A stretch of 64,000 nucleotides of DNA from the human T2T-CHM13v2.0 reference genome, Homo sapiens. This document shows, piece by piece, positions 29,167 to 43,702 of the stretch. The notes beneath the pieces were generated by a model that searched no databases, had not been told where the DNA came from, and saw only the letters and a list, made by a program, of their open reading frames with translations. Each line of letters opens with the position of its first letter. Position 1 is the first letter of the stretch. The translations under genes and the position numbers were made by a program. The stretch lies in assembly GCF_009914755.1 (NCBI RefSeq), contig NC_060936.1; one strand, 5' to 3'.

Positions 29167-30064
29167 CTAATTTTAAAAGAAGCATTCCCTTTAGAGTGAT
29201 AAGCTCAGAAAGCCTAGTATCACCACCCAGGTGGCATATCATTTGTAAAAAATTTCTCATAATTCCCCACATTATCTCCACCTCTCTCAAAATAATAGAA
29301 AACTCTTTTTCTCCAACTTACCTCTTACACCCTGCCTGATTCCCTCAACAACATTTTAAGTTTTTCCCTAAAATCCGAAAAAGCTGACACTGGCCCTATT
29401 AATTCCTCTATCAAAATGACTACATTCTGAATGATCCGAACAGTCTGAAAAATACATTAAACTTTAAAACCACTCTTCCAACCACGCATGCAGAAGTTCG
29501 CCAAAGCATACAGTATGTCTTTCAATTACGTAATGCTTCAAATAGCGAACAGAGCAAAAGTTTCTGACAGAGCAAAAATCAAAAGCCCATTGCACAACCT
29601 TAAATTACCATTTGAGAAATTTTTCAAAGGTCAATTAATTTAACTCCCTTTTCTTTCTCTTAGGACAGAGATCAGGTTGAGGATATAACTGGCATGATAA
29701 ACAGTATCTTCCTTGCCCTTTGTAGACCTTTTTGCTCTAAGTAATTTTTAATCTGTATTTTACAAAGAAAAACTTAGTGGACTTAAAATTGTTTCCCTCT
29801 TAAGCAGTTACCAATTTCCTGGAGATCCTGAGAAGGTTCACTGTAATCACCAAAACAAACTGATCACTGTCCTTTTTAATCCCTATACGAAACACATATG
29901 GATGAAATGGATCCATTGTAATCAAACTGATCTGGGAAAGATTAAGATACTACTTCTGAGGCTGTATGCATTTCCTTGACAACAAAGGAAATCTGCTAGG
30001 AGAAAAGTGGGCATATTTAGGAACCAATTACGTTCGAGTACTGACAGCAAAACGTGTAACTTAC

Positions 30065-30208
30065 AAAGTCTTTAAACTGGAAAGCCCCCGGAAGGCACAA
30101 TCAGCAATGTAGCTGACTCTGTTGTTCCCAATGTGCAGTGTATTTAGTAAGCTTAGGCCAAGGAAGCTTGAATCATCTAACCTTGATAAGTGATTGAAAG
30201 TTAGGTCC
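30065..30208 (-). CDS. LRIG3: LRIG3 exon 8 (2 LRR: DLTFNHLSRLDDSSFLGL...)
   Basis: tttacag| acceptor, |gtaagt donor, 144 nt. Confidence 0.96.
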
Positions 30209-30604
30209 CTGTAAAGAAAAAAGAGAAAAGCAATAGCTTTTATTTTTCAATTCAACACAATGATTTGTTTTCCAAAAGACAGGTACTGTATGAGCTACAC
30301 TAATCCTTATTTTTAAATTCTGCCTTAATAATATCCAAGTAAATATTTCTAATATCAGTAATTAAAAAAATACGTTCTCTTTACTTGAAAATAACCATCA
30401 TTGCTTTTGCCAACGTGACATAGAACTGCAACAGTAGAACTGGCTTCAACTTATCACAACAAAAATAAGACTAGGTTGCATGTGAAAAAAGCTGTCACCT
30501 TGGAAACTTTGTTATGAAAATTTCACAGATCAGTGGTAAGAAGCTCATGCCCTGGCATGATCCCTGCTCTCAAACCTGAGGAGAATAAATAAAAGGCAAC
30601 TCAC

Positions 30605-30748
30605 AGCTCACTGAGCTTCTGGCAGAACTCCCAGGCATCAGGGCTGATCCTGTTGATGGCATTTTGGCTGAGATGAAGTTCCTGCAGCATCAGCAAGCCG
30701 TAAAGCCAGCCTTTGGTAATCTCTGTTAGGTTGTTATGGTCCAGCTGC
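30605..30748 (-). CDS. LRIG3: LRIG3 exon 7 (2 LRR: QLDHNNLTEITKGWLYGL...)
   Basis: tgtag| acceptor, |gtgagt donor, 144 nt. Confidence 0.96.
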
Positions 30749-31094
30749 CTACATTTACAGTAAGAATCAAAAGCAGGATCAAAACTTCATTATCTAGTCT
30801 CTTCAAAGGGGACATATGATTACAACCTATTACAGATTCCTATTGTTATTAGATGTTTAGCTTTTGTTATATGAAGACGTCAGCAAAAAAATACTATATA
30901 GTTTATACTATACTAAATTTAGGTACTTATAAATTATCGATCACATTACCTGAATCAAAACTGAATACTGACTTATAAATAAGATTGTGGATGATGAGAT
31001 TTTAACATAGGATTTCACATAAGACCTGCTGAATGTACACTGAGCATTCTATGATCATACTACCTCAGTAGGAACTGTGATAACCCACACTTAC

Positions 31095-31238
31095 AAAATT
31101 TCCATGTTGCTCAGCCCCCAAAAAGCTCCATCCATAAGTTTCGTTACTCCATTTCTTTGCATTTTCAGAGACTTCAGAGCACCAAGGCCTTGGAATGTCA
31201 GTCCATCTACATTTTTAATCTTGTTTCGGTTCAATTCG
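31095..31238 (-). CDS. LRIG3: LRIG3 exon 6 (2 LRR: ELNRNKIKNVDGLTFQGL...)
   Basis: atgcag| acceptor, |gtaagt donor, 144 nt. Confidence 0.96.
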
Positions 31239-31679
31239 CTGCATTGAGTATTACAAGAGTTAGCTTATATGACAATTAAATTCTGGAGGTAGTAATAAAA
31301 TGTGTCATTACTACAATATAGTTCAACCAGTCAGTGTTCAATTACATACAGTGTTTTCAGTTTCTAAACATTTTTATTGCAAAGAATTTCAATTTGTTAA
31401 GCAGGCAGTGAATTTCCTACTGAAATGTGTCATGTGTTTTTGGAATAATAAAATACTGAAACTAGACTGCACTTTAATTTCTAAAGTCTTGTCCACTCAG
31501 TATAGACACAAACAAATTAAGATTTGTTTTTAAACAATCCAGAATGAGATTATTAAATGTTACACTAAAACATGAGGTCTATCAAGGAGCTGGGCCTCAA
31601 GTTTATCCTGTACAATCTGTTTACAAGTTGGTTACTATCTTTCACCCTTCTTTTTAGGTTTAATGCTTTCTCTTTAAGG

Positions 31680-31848
31680 CAGTAGTTCTCAGCCTTGGTT
31701 GCACACTGGACGCAACCTGGGAGTTTTAAAAATTTCTGAAGCCTGGATCTTACCCTTAGAGGTCCTAATATAATTGGTCTAAGGTGTGGCCTGGGCAGTG
31801 AGATTTTTTAAAAGCTCCCCAAGTGTTTGTAATGTGCAGCCAAAGTTG
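31680..31848. mobile_element. MER5-family (hAT-Charlie) MITE
   Basis: cagtagttctca...aagctcccca.gtg...taatgtgcagccaaagttg. Confidence 0.7.
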
Positions 31849-32271
31849 CCCTATTGCAGGAGTCTGTTCACAGATCGCTCTACCATTATTAACAAGACAG
31901 ATCTTTACAGCCACTTAAGCTATCAGAGCCTCCTGGAGTTGCCGGTATTATTCTCATAAACCACAGCTGTTGAGACCTCGGATTTTTTCAGTGCCACAAT
32001 GGCACTTTTGTACCAGCCTTGTTCAATGATTACACTGTTCACTCTTTCAGTAACAATCTAACGTGTCTTGTCAAGCAGCAGCTGGCACGAGGTGACGAGA
32101 TGATGTTTAAGGCTCTTTCCAATTTGGAGATTCTACAGCTCCAACTCTCAAAGGAAAGGCAGCTACATCCTTGCTCCTAAACTCCTTTTTGCCACATTGT
32201 AGATTTTAAGGAAAAGACACCAAGGGTTTGGAGGAGGTGAGAAACAGTATCTAAGAGGACATTTTACTTAC

Positions 32272-32415
32272 AGATGTTGCAGTTGGGGCAGTTTAAACAT
32301 CTTGGGTGGGATAGCTGAGATTCGGTTCCTGTTCAGCTTTAACACAAGGAGTGTGTTGGCCAAATTGTCAAAATACCCAGGTTCCATTGATGTGACTCGG
32401 TTGCTGTTGAGATAC
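32272..32415 (-). CDS. LRIG3: LRIG3 exon 5 (2 LRR: YLNSNRVTSMEPGYFDNL...)
   Basis: caacag| acceptor, |gtaagt donor, 144 nt. Confidence 0.96.
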
Positions 32416-32940
32416 CTGTTGAAAGTTTAAAGATGAGCTTCTCCTTCTGATTTATTTGCAAGTTAAAGTGCAGGCCATCTCTGTATTAGAAGGAGTCTCC
32501 AGAGAACTTAACCATCAATGGAAACTTAAAATAATTACTTTTTAGGTCCTCAAGGACAGATGTTAAGATTCACACATATTGCTGGGAAAAGAGTGATTAA
32601 AATATGTGACGGATGCAAAATTTTTTTATAAATATCCACTTTTTATGACATTCATTTATTAATAAAACATAGCAATGGTCTGATTTTGATTGTTTTTTTA
32701 AAAATGAGCACTTTTCACACCATCTAGGTTTTCTAATAAAAAATATGTAATTTTTTGTAATCTAAAAGTGTAAGAATAAACTGAAGATTGTGGTCATTCG
32801 AGCTTACAGCAAATTTCAAGTCAATAAATTATACTTTCAATCCATCAGTAGTAAAGTAGACAAAGTTTGTTATATCTTATTTTTTCATTGTAATATTTTC
32901 ATTACAGGTGAAAGTTTTTGCTAAAGAAAACTTCACTTAC

Positions 32941-33072
32941 AGATATTTGAGCTGTAGGGCTGGAAATGCAGTTTGGAGCTCTGAAATATTGTTGCTGCTA
33001 AGGTCCAAAGTTTCAAGGGACTGAAACTCTTTCAGATGTTCAGGGAGTATTTCAACAATCCTGTTTCCAGCC
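32941..33072 (-). CDS. LRIG3: LRIG3 exon 4 (2 LRR: AGNRIVEILPEHLKEFQSLETLDLSSNNISEL...)
   Basis: ttctag| acceptor, |gtaagt donor, 132 nt; follows the 23.2-kb intron 3. Confidence 0.96.
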
Positions 33073-33374
33073 CTAGAATTAAAAGAAACCACAGTTAACA
33101 AGGTTAACGGTACAACAATCTGAAAGAAGAAAAATATTTTCTATTCCTGACTGGTTCTTCAGAAATATGGAACTGACTAATCTGAACAGTACTTTTAAAA
33201 GTTAAAGAGCAATACCATGGCCATTTTAAGTTATTCATTAAATTATAAATCATAATATTCAAATATGTGGAAAACATTCCTATATAAATCTGGGGTTCTG
33301 TTTAGCAGCTGTGGCTGTCTAAATGCTATGCACTTAAAGACAGTGGTTTGATTTTTCTTTATCCTATTTTTCTT

Positions 33375-33681
33375 TTTTTTTAAAAATTTTTATTTATTGT
33401 TATTTTTTAGAGACAGGGTCTCACTCTGTCACCCAGGCTACAGCGCAGTGGCACACTCATAACTCACTGCAGCTCAAACTCCTGGGCTCAAGGAATATTC
33501 CCACCTCAGCTTCCAAGTAGCTAGGGCTACAGGTAAGTGCCACCTCATCTCGCTAATTTTTTTATACAGTCGGGGGGTCTCACTATGTTCTCTAGGCTGG
33601 TCTCAACTCCTGGCCTCAAGCAATCCTCCAGCCTCAGCCTCCCAAAGTGCTAGGATTACAGGTGTGAGCCACCACACCTGG
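33375..33681 (-). mobile_element. AluJ in intron 3, TSD ctatttttctt
   Basis: agacagggtctcactctgtcacccaggct...ctcctgggctcaag, AluJ-like. Confidence 0.9.
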
Positions 33682-34081
33682 CTATTTTTCTTAACAGCTC
33701 TGCTCCCTTCTCCTTATTAAATGGTATACGAAATGCCTAACACCAAGGTGGCATACCAGGCACTCATGAGTTAATTCCCTATTCCTTCTTCTTGATTCCT
33801 AATCTATTTCCAATTCTTCTCTTGAAAAGTGCCCATATTACAGGTGCCAATGAATTTAAAATACTTGTCAGATTGGGGATCTCTCTAGAACCATGCTAGA
33901 GAGATCCCCTTTTCTTTAAGAAATAGCAAGTTTCAAGGCACTGCCATAGTCTTCAACACCAATGAATATGCTCCAGCCCTTTCAATAGTACAAAAGTATT
34001 ACATAAGAAGAACACTCCAGTTTGAATAATCCCTTGGCATAATTAGATCCAAACATGTTTTACATTAAAAGTCTTAAACAT

Positions 34082-34290
34082 CAGACCATGACGTCCAGTA
34101 TGGCAGCCACTAGCCACATGAGGCTCTTTAAATTTAAATTAATTCAAATTAAATGCTAAAATTTAGCTACTTAGTCACAGTAGCCACATTTCAAGTGCTC
34201 AATAGCCATCCACTCCTGGTAGCTATCAAATGGTACAGCACACATACAGAATGCTTCTACCATTGTGTAAAGTTCTACTGGTGACTGTTA
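34082..34290. mobile_element. MER3-like hAT MITE
   Basis: cagccactagccacatg...agccacatttcaagtgctcaatagcc...aaagttctactgg. Confidence 0.7.
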
Positions 34291-37200
34291 TACTGAACAA
34301 ATGGAAAGAAACAAACAGAAAAAAAAAAAAGAAGTCATTTCAAAGTTCTTCAAAAGTCATCAATCAATATAGTAACTCCCAAGGGAAAATGCAGCATTAA
34401 ATGACAATTTTGTTAGAAAATGGCAATCAAACGGATGTGCAAGCCATCATAATTGTCATATTAGATCAGGCAGTTTGGTCTTTTTTAGACCATCTTTTGG
34501 CAGGAGAAAATAACGTCAAGGTAGAAAGGATACCTACAAATCATAGAAAGGTCTCCTCTTTACAACGCGAGAAACAATGAAACAATCTGAATGCTCTAAA
34601 CAGAATTCTGTGTCTTACATAAGTCACACACTGGTGTTTGTACACGGTCTGCAGTTAATCTTCGATTAAAAAGAAAACTTACAAAATATATCTTGTGTAT
34701 TTTTTGCACCCAAAACTGGATTTCTACAGTGTTCTGAGCTCTTCTGCATTATTGTAACTCATCAGTCTCTCACTATCACAGTAGGTTCCCAAGTGAGGTG
34801 TACCTCTTACATATTTTCACAAAATCTTGTGCTGCAAGCTGACGTCAAACTTACACCACTGGTCTTCTCTGCCATACTGAGATATTCTTAGAAGCAGAAT
34901 TCTCTCTATATATCACCCTTAGAATGTGTATAAAATCTAACAATATTGAAGATCGATTAAGTGCCAAGCCCTATGCTAAACACTTTTCATATATTATGCC
35001 CTTTAATCATAATAAAATTTCTCTGGTACAGACATTACAAAACATCTTAAAATTAGGGCTTTTCACCTAACAAGTTCAAGCATTCCCGAGCCAGCTCAAA
35101 GAACAAGTCTGATTGTTCCTAAAGCAATCCCTTAAGGCTTCTTTCACAGAATACAGAGTATGAAAGATATTCTGGCATTTAATTTCTTATGCAGATATGT
35201 ACCTCCCTTGAAAAGGCCGCTACTTCCCACCTTGCAAAAATGCTGAACTTCTGGTTTTAAACTGATCTGGGAATCTACCCTGGCTCATTGAGCCATCATC
35301 ATGCCAACATTAAGAATGCCCCAGAACAGAGGCCCTCCCAATCTGTGCTTGCCCACTTTGCAGGTGAGAGGAGGCCCCAGGGCTTGTGTGTATTTACCAT
35401 CTACCAGAGTCAGATGGCCGACTTTCTGTCAGGTGCCACCTTCTTCACAAGAGAATAATAAGGGGACAAAACGGGCATACATTTTAAATTTAAAGAACAA
35501 ATTAAGAAAGCTTCTCGAAATAGTGTTAAAACTCTTCTGAACAGTATTTTTAAGGACTGTGGGTGGATTGTCTTTTTCCAACTTTAAAATCCAAGTCATC
35601 AGAAAATCTAATGTCAGGTAACTAGCATAGATAATGTATATCTTAAGAGCTGAACTTTATGATAATAGTAAAGTTTTAAAAAAGAGACGATTCAGCAGTC
35701 CCATGTACAAGTCACAAATGAGTATCAAGCCCTTCAGATTCTCATAAAGTCTTAGAGGCTTTTGTTTAGAGTCAAGTCAGCCATGACCTCTGATTTTGAC
35801 CATTTCCCACATCTGGATTTGCCTGTGTATAAAGTCCTTGATCTAGCTGTGAGGTATAGGGTAATGCAAGTGAGACAATTAGTCAATTCCTAGGTCCCGG
35901 AGATGGATTCCATCCAGGAGACACGCCACAAGGCCTTAGGGTCAGGGTGTGTGGGTTAAATAAAACCACACTGCTCTAGGGGACAGAAGTTTTCTCTTAA
36001 ATGCATAATCCAAATGTTTGCATTACTAGGATGTCCTCCTACAAACACTGGAGTCACTCTGAAGTGCCCGAGTGCCCCTCTCTCTATCCCCTCCCCTATC
36101 CCTAGCCCTATCTCCCTTCAAACTTTGCATCTGGTTTTGGTCCCCAGGCTGTCTGAGGCAAGTATAGCTACGCTTGTATTTAACAACAACAAAAACAAAA
36201 CACTCAGCTATGGATGTGTGCAATAAACAAAGCAAATTAGTTGGGGGTGGGGAGGCAGGGAGGCCCACAGGTGTCTATCACGTTGGTCAAATAAGGCTAC
36301 CAGTTAGATAACAGACCATACAGTCTTTGGTTTATATATCCGTTTGTTTATAAGGTAATTATGAACAAGGTATTAAAACTGCCAATTACTTGAGTGACGA
36401 ATAAAATTTTCCTTGCAGTAAAAGTATGCTCCAGCCAAAGCCAGCAATTTCCTGAACTGCACACCTCCTAAATCGCAGTGTGAAAGTGCTCAGTTCTAGA
36501 CGGAGCGTGCACAGTGCTGTCTTTGTCAGCACTGCTTCCTAGCACAAAAATCCCTTACAACTGTGAGAATAATAGTCCTTGTATCACAAAAATTTAAATC
36601 TGTCCTAATGGAACTGAATTAAATCCAAATACTCGTTTCTTATTAGCTCTCAGACTAACTGGCAAGTACCCACCTGATATACACCATACCAGTTTAACAC
36701 AAAACAAACAAACAAAAAACTTGCTTTGTATAATAAAGGGGGCTAAAAATGGGAGACAACTACCTTAAAAAAGCTAGATTAAAAAATCTTTTTTATCATC
36801 TAGAATCCTAAAAAAAAAAACATATTTTATGGAGTTGGTCAAAAATACCCACTTCTAGTAGACAGAGATTCAACTCAACCCCACCTTTCATTTTTCTCCA
36901 AATAGGAATAAATGCCAAACTTGATCAACACATTAAAAAGCGCTGTAGTTAATTAATATTTTTGGCAGGAAATGTGCAACGCTTGAACAAAAACAAAACT
37001 CTGAATACCTTTTTCCATTACTTAATGTGGAAACACCATCTTTCCATTGTTCAAAAATCACAAAATAAACTGTAAATACTGGAAGGTGTTTCAGTCTTGT
37101 ACAAATCCATCTTAGAGACTAGGAATATTTTGGTCTTCTATGTTTGTTGATAGTACAGGGAGTTCCATGGTTAACTAATTTCTGAAGTGAAGTATAATTA

Positions 37201-37399
37201 GTCCCTGTGGACACACAGACCTGGGGACTTGGGTTGGTCAGGAACACCAGATGGTTCCCTCAGGCTTCTAAGAGACCACTGGAAAAACAGGAGAACCACG
37301 TATTTTGGCCTCAGCTTCTCGGGTCCAGTGATAATGGTTTCATTTTGTTGCCTATTTCACTTTTCAGCCAACTTTGCCAAATACCTTTAAAATGCAGAC

Positions 37400-38060
37400 G
37401 CAAACATGGCTTACCATTTTCATCTGATGATATTTACTCTGAGAGCACTGGAGTTCTACATGAGCAAGATGGACATGCCCCTTGACCTCACAGAGCTTAA
37501 AGTCTAGTGGGGAGGATAGCAGGCAACAGGGAGCTGTCCAGTGTGGTAAGTGCAGCGACAGGAAAGGAGGAGTGGGCAGTGGAAGTACTGTGGACAGACT
37601 TCTAGAATGTTGGAGGTCAGCAAAACTTCCCAAAGGAAGGGAAGAAACGGCCACACTGAGATCTGTGGGATGAGTTAGCTCAGCAAAGGACAGTAGAGGC
37701 TAGTGCTCTAAGCCGAGGCAAAGATTTGGGCAAGTGAGAGCAGAGCAAAGCTTCCCTTAGAGGAAATGAAGGAACACCTGATGGCTAAGTACAGAGTGCA
37801 CGGGTGGAGAGTGGAGAAAGAAGAGGCTCAAGAGTGAGGCCGCCGGGAGATGACAGCAGTCAAGTTGGGCCCTGGAAACCACATCAGACATTTGACCTTT
37901 ATCTCAAGATCAACTGTGGGGAGGGGGCCAGAGGATGTCAAATGGTGGGGTGACAATATCACATGTACATTTTAGAATGGCTACTCTGATGGCTGTGGGT
38001 GGAAAGACTGGGAGGAAGAGGGCATGACCAGGCGCAAGGGCACCAATCGGAGGCTCCTAA
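37400..38060 (-). mobile_element. L2 fragment
   Basis: cacagagcttaaagtctagtgggga...acattttagaa...actctg.tggctgtg. Confidence 0.5.
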
Positions 38061-39739
38061 CTTCATGCAGGACAGACGACAGAAGGATGACGAGCGACCT
38101 TGATGCCCACTTGGGGGGCGAAACATCACACTTCCTCTGGTTTCCAGGGCACACACTGTGCTTTTCTCCTTCCCTGACATACAGGATCAGCTCTTCCAGC
38201 TCTGCAGCCTCTGGCCACAGGGACCCAGTTCAGCTCTACTGGAGTTCTCATTCACTATCCATTACCATTGCATTTGGTGCTTCTGATATGGGAGGTTTTC
38301 TAAGACACAGAGTGCAGACTAGGGTCCCCCTGTGCTCAGGTGTGAGATGCTACTGCCCAGAACAGCCCAATACTGGCATTTTAATGCCTCTGTAATCACT
38401 AAGAAAATGGATAAGTGCATTATTCTCACATATAAGAACTGTGCTAGTTTGTTCGGATACTCTTAACACCTGCCTTGAATCTAAATCTGGACCAAATTAA
38501 CAACAGTAAAATATAACTTATGAGGTTAGTGATATGACCACTTAGTGTGATGACTGGTTCTACTTCTTGATTCACTGTAATCTCCAGAAAGCATAAGTGT
38601 CTCAAAAGAACCTTCATGCTCTCTTAAGTGGATATAAATGGTGTTAGTTTAATTCCAGGGTCTGAAAGGAGAACCACAGAGTGGAATATTCTTTGTTAGT
38701 GAGGAACCAGAATATCAGGTTTTCTCACACTGGAATTCCTAAACCAACAAAAGTGTAGCTTCCTGTTGAATAATGTATATCTGTCAATAGTTTTAGCTGT
38801 CTCCTACCTAGTACACGGATAACAGGCAGCTTAAGACCTTGCAGCTGTGATGTGTAAGGACATGCAATCTAGGCAATTTAGAGAAGGTATCTGCATGCAG
38901 CATTTGCCTTTTAGAGGATGTGTGCACTGAAATTTAATGTGAAGCCATTTTTTATGTTTGCAATACCGTCTTTCCTTAGAATGCATCACTCTAACCACAT
39001 CCCCTAAGTCCAATTCAGTGATTGCAACTAACAAATTGCTGAATCTGTGGTCATTCCATACAAACAACCATCGAGCAAGCAGATTAAATGTATGGACTGG
39101 TACAGTCAAGCCTGGCCCCAAGGAAATACTAATTTCTATATATAACTTGCAAACAACCAGCTTAGCACCATTTATAAAGGAATTACAAACTGTTAAAGAA
39201 AACACTACATTCTGCAAACACATTAAAGGTCACTTATATTTCCAACAATAACCCCCACTCCCTCCGAAAAGCTTCCTTGAAAACTATCTTGACTGGAATA
39301 ACTAACACCCCATAATATCAGGCAACTTTTAACAGAAGTTTGGCAAGCAAAGAACTCCTCTCATATAGATAAAAAATAAACTGCTCATCTCTTTTCTAAA
39401 AAGATAATTAAGAGGTTTCATTAAAAGAACACATGTTTAGACTGGTCCATTGGTACTGCAGCATCAAAGAATAAAGCCAACTGAGGAAACTTGTGTAAGG
39501 AGACAGATTCTTGATGAAGAATTAAGGACACTAACCAGCAAACGAGTGTTGGTGTAAGAAGCAAAGAATCAGTTCTTTCAGCAAAAAGTCAGGTCAACAT
39601 AAAATATAATTATCCTTTGGATCACAAACATAATAAAGATGGCCATGTATTAATATTTTAATATAGAGGTCCTGCAATAATCAGTGTCTTATTCATGCAC
39701 CAGTCATAACACATGTTAAAAATGAAAAAAGAAATATGA

Positions 39740-39890
39740 GCCAAGCTCCACGGTGCATGCAAGTAATTCCAGCTATTTGGAAGGCTGAGGTGGGAGGATT
39801 ACTTAAGGCCAGGAGTTCAAATCCAGCCTGAGCAACATTGCAAGACCCTGTCTCTTAACACAACAACAACAAAAAATCAATAAAAGAAAA
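39740..39890 (+). mobile_element. FLAM (free left Alu monomer)
   Basis: ggctgaggtgggaggattacttaaggccaggagttc...gaccctgtctct + A-rich tail. Confidence 0.75.
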
Positions 39891-40917
39891 ATAAGTCAAA
39901 AGCCCCATTCACACCACATACAAAACAGCCCTTCTTTGATCTCCAAGTATAAATTCAATCTAGTCCTTCATGTAAATGGAAATTTGAAAAGCAAATCCTA
40001 GAAGACAACAGGATAAAGAAAACATTGAAAAAATATTTAATCTGAAGTAATTTATGTACAATAAAAATGGACTCTACTTTGATTTAGTAAACTTAAAAAT
40101 TTTTACTGTTTCTTTTTTGGGGCAGAGGCCTTCCACCGTCATTTTCACATATCGGACCATTGATCTGGTTTGAGTCTCCCCTACTAGGCTTGTGATTTAC
40201 TTGTGAGTGGAGAGAACCTCTGATTTATCTTTGGTTCCCCAGAATTCGGGATAAAACGAATGGGTACAAGACCCCAGAGTGAACAAACTGGAGTGCAGAC
40301 ACTCAAGAGCAGCTGTAGATTGCACCATAAGGATTTAACTTAGCTATTGTTCAAAATGCATATGAACATCAGAAAACAAAATGTCCATTACTGCTGCCAG
40401 CCAGAAAGCGTAAACATAAAACTGTGATACTCTATATTAATCAACCTGCTGATAAGATCTGACACAGTAACTCAAACTACAGCTCCCCAGAGAGGAGATT
40501 TAGATTCTATTCCTGGTTCTGTGTCTTTATCTACTACGTTTTTGTGAACCTTAATTTTCTCACCTGTAAACAGAGGGAAATGAAATGAAATGATCTCTTC
40601 CAGCTCTAATGAGTTGTGACTCTAGATCTGGATGAGAAACACTGCAAATGACCAGATTTGTTGCAGAGAAGTCATACAACTGCATCATGTAAATACTGTA
40701 GCCTCTTGTAGAACCTACCCTCCCTCTTGGGGGTTTCTTTCACCTCTCTCCTCCTGGGAGCCCCATTACCTGGCTGTCTAGTCTTCCTCTTTCTTGGCTT
40801 GCTCCTTCATTTTCCTGGGGTCTATCTTTTGTTAGCTTTGCAAGAAACCATGTGTAAAAGCTGTCACTTCATGTTTGAAAATATCTTTACAGGACAATTT
40901 GGGTGTGTATAGTTTAG

Positions 40918-41237
<320 letters not shown>

Positions 41238-41479
41238 TAGGATTTTGAAGACACTGCTCATGGATAATGCCAGCTTGGGGAGCCAGAGGCCATTCTGACT
41301 CTCTGCACCAGTGTTTTGTAAACTTTAGCACACATCAGGATTGGTGGGCAGGGGCTTCTGGAAGACCAGATTGTTAAGCCCACACCTTCAGGGCTTCTTT
41401 TTCTCTGGGTGTGGGTGGGGACCAAGGAAGTTGCATTTCTACCAAGTTCCCAGGTGATGGTGATGTGCTAGGAGCACAG

Positions 41480-42790
41480 TCCTCATAGGACCATCTTTGC
41501 CTTGTTTTCATTGAGACGTAACTCAGTAGGTCCTTTCAATCTAGAAATGTATATTCCTCACTTCCAGGAAATTCAAAATTTTGTATCTTTCATAGTTTTC
41601 TCCTTTCCATTTCCACTGACGTCTCTTTGTGAAATTCCAATTAGATAAGTGTTAGCCTTTTTAGTTCATCTTCCGATTTTCTTATTTTTTCCTCCCATGA
41701 CTTCCATACCTTTGTTTTTTGGTTCTTTTTTCTGAGTTTTTCAACTTTCTCCCAACATTTTTATTATGTTTTTAAAGTGTCTGGTACTGTATTTTTAACT
41801 TTTCTGAATATTCCTTTTACTGTTTTTTTCATCATGTTTTTCTGATTTTGTGGACATAGTACCCTTTCTTTTCTCTCCAAAGATATTAAATTTGTTTTGA
41901 TGTTCCTTTCTCCTTCCATTTATCTCTGATTCTCATTTCTCATTTGTTTCAAACTCTGACTTCATTGTTAGAAACGTCTTCAAAAGTCTGATGATCACTG
42001 GCTACTCATTCATACTTAATAAAAAGCAGCACTAAAAGCCTTCTGAGGGCTGTGTGTGGTATGGGCTTGTTGAATGGTGAGTGCCAGCACAGGTGAAGGA
42101 GGGACCTATTTTAGGACAAAATGGCCACATGTCAGTTTCTGTGAATCTTCTCCCAAATTCTCCAATCTCCAGTCTGGTGAGTAGAGCTTGGATGCTACCA
42201 TCTGGGAAGGCTAACAGGAAATAAACTGAGGGCTGGGGGTGTTGCCTTCAGTATTCATATTTGACTTAATTTTCCTGATTTCAGAAGATGTTGCCCCCCC
42301 TCAATCATTACCCCTGCACAGCTGGGCCTCTGTCCTGAATCCCAGGTACTTTCTATTTAAGGTCTCCCAAAATTAAATTTCCAGACCTCTGTGTCATGGG
42401 AAAGGTAGTTACTGGGCTGAGTTTTGGAGGGGAAACCTGGAGGTCTGATTACTTCTATCCTCCTATACAAAAGTTTTAATCAATCCTGTTTTCAGTCCTA
42501 CTCTGCACTCCCATCTTTATAGGTTCTAAATTCCTAAGCCACTTTGAGGTTCTCAAGCACCTTTTTTTTTTTTTTGATCAACTTCACTATTTCTCTAAGT
42601 CAGTTACAATTTATCCATTTGCTTGCAAAATTTGTATGGCATCTTTCATTTGAACTGTATCTTCTCTTCATGTTCTCTATTTTCTCTTTGCTCCCGTTGG
42701 TATGCACTTTTTATTCTTTTACTTTTATTTTAAAGGGATTTTAGGAAGGAGCAGAGTGAAATAAATGCACTCAGTCCATCATGCTTAATA
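41480..42790 (-). mobile_element. Ancient L1M remnant (probably also 40720-40940), preceded by a MER5-like piece ~41308-41475
   Basis: T-rich degenerate L1 ORF1/5' like sequence. Confidence 0.4.
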
Positions 42791-43702
42791 GCACGCCTTC
42801 TATAGAAATTCAATGAATGAAACCAGTTTTTCTCTAAACACTAAAATAAAACCATTAAGTTACTATAGTCTGTTTTACTGAAAAAAAATTCAGCTTAGAT
42901 TTGTGTATTTTTTAAAATTAGCCTACATAAAGAATTTTCACTTCAGATGATAGTACAAACCAGAAAACACTGCATCAGTTATCATATAGACAGTTGATTC
43001 CATATAAACACATTCAGTTAAACTAATTTCATTTTATGTTCTGATATGGTACACAGACCAACGGACCAGAATGCAGACACAGAATAGCTTTATTTCACCA
43101 GAATATTTATCTTGTCCTTGTGAATAAGGCATAGAAAATGTGGTGACAATTATCACATAGGCAGGTGAGTTCACATCCTTTGTCTTTATTCACAGACTGG
43201 CATTAACCTTTAGGGAAGCAGCTGGTGGCAGCTACTGTGGCCCCGTGCTGTCGACATTTGTATGAACATAGAGACGTGAATGACCAAGTGCAAATGCCAC
43301 AAAACTAAAAGTGTAATTCACATATTTGATGAATCGTGATCCAAAACCTCTCAATGTACTAAAATATGCTCAAAAAGCAAGATGAGAATTGAGCTGGGAT
43401 AAGGCAGTGTTTTGGAATTTTAATCAAGCATTTTTACAAGGCCCATGTAAAAGCAATTCTTATGAAAAGTGACAACAAGCTTACTAATAACAGCTGACTA
43501 CAAACTCAGTATGAGCCAATAATACAACATGGTACTTAAAATGCTAATATAATCTGAAACTTCATTAATGTCTGGTATTCTGGTTGAGAGATGACCCCAC
43601 CATATTCTGTATAAGTCAGACCACATCTCAGTTACCTTGTTCTGGCCATTGTGTTTATACTGCCATGCCAGACAGGTGTGTGATGGAGCGGACTTTAAGG
43701 CT

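Noticed and set aside
34840-34847. Full CRE palindrome TGACGTCA
   Set aside because: Isolated 8-mer deep in an intron with no supporting context.
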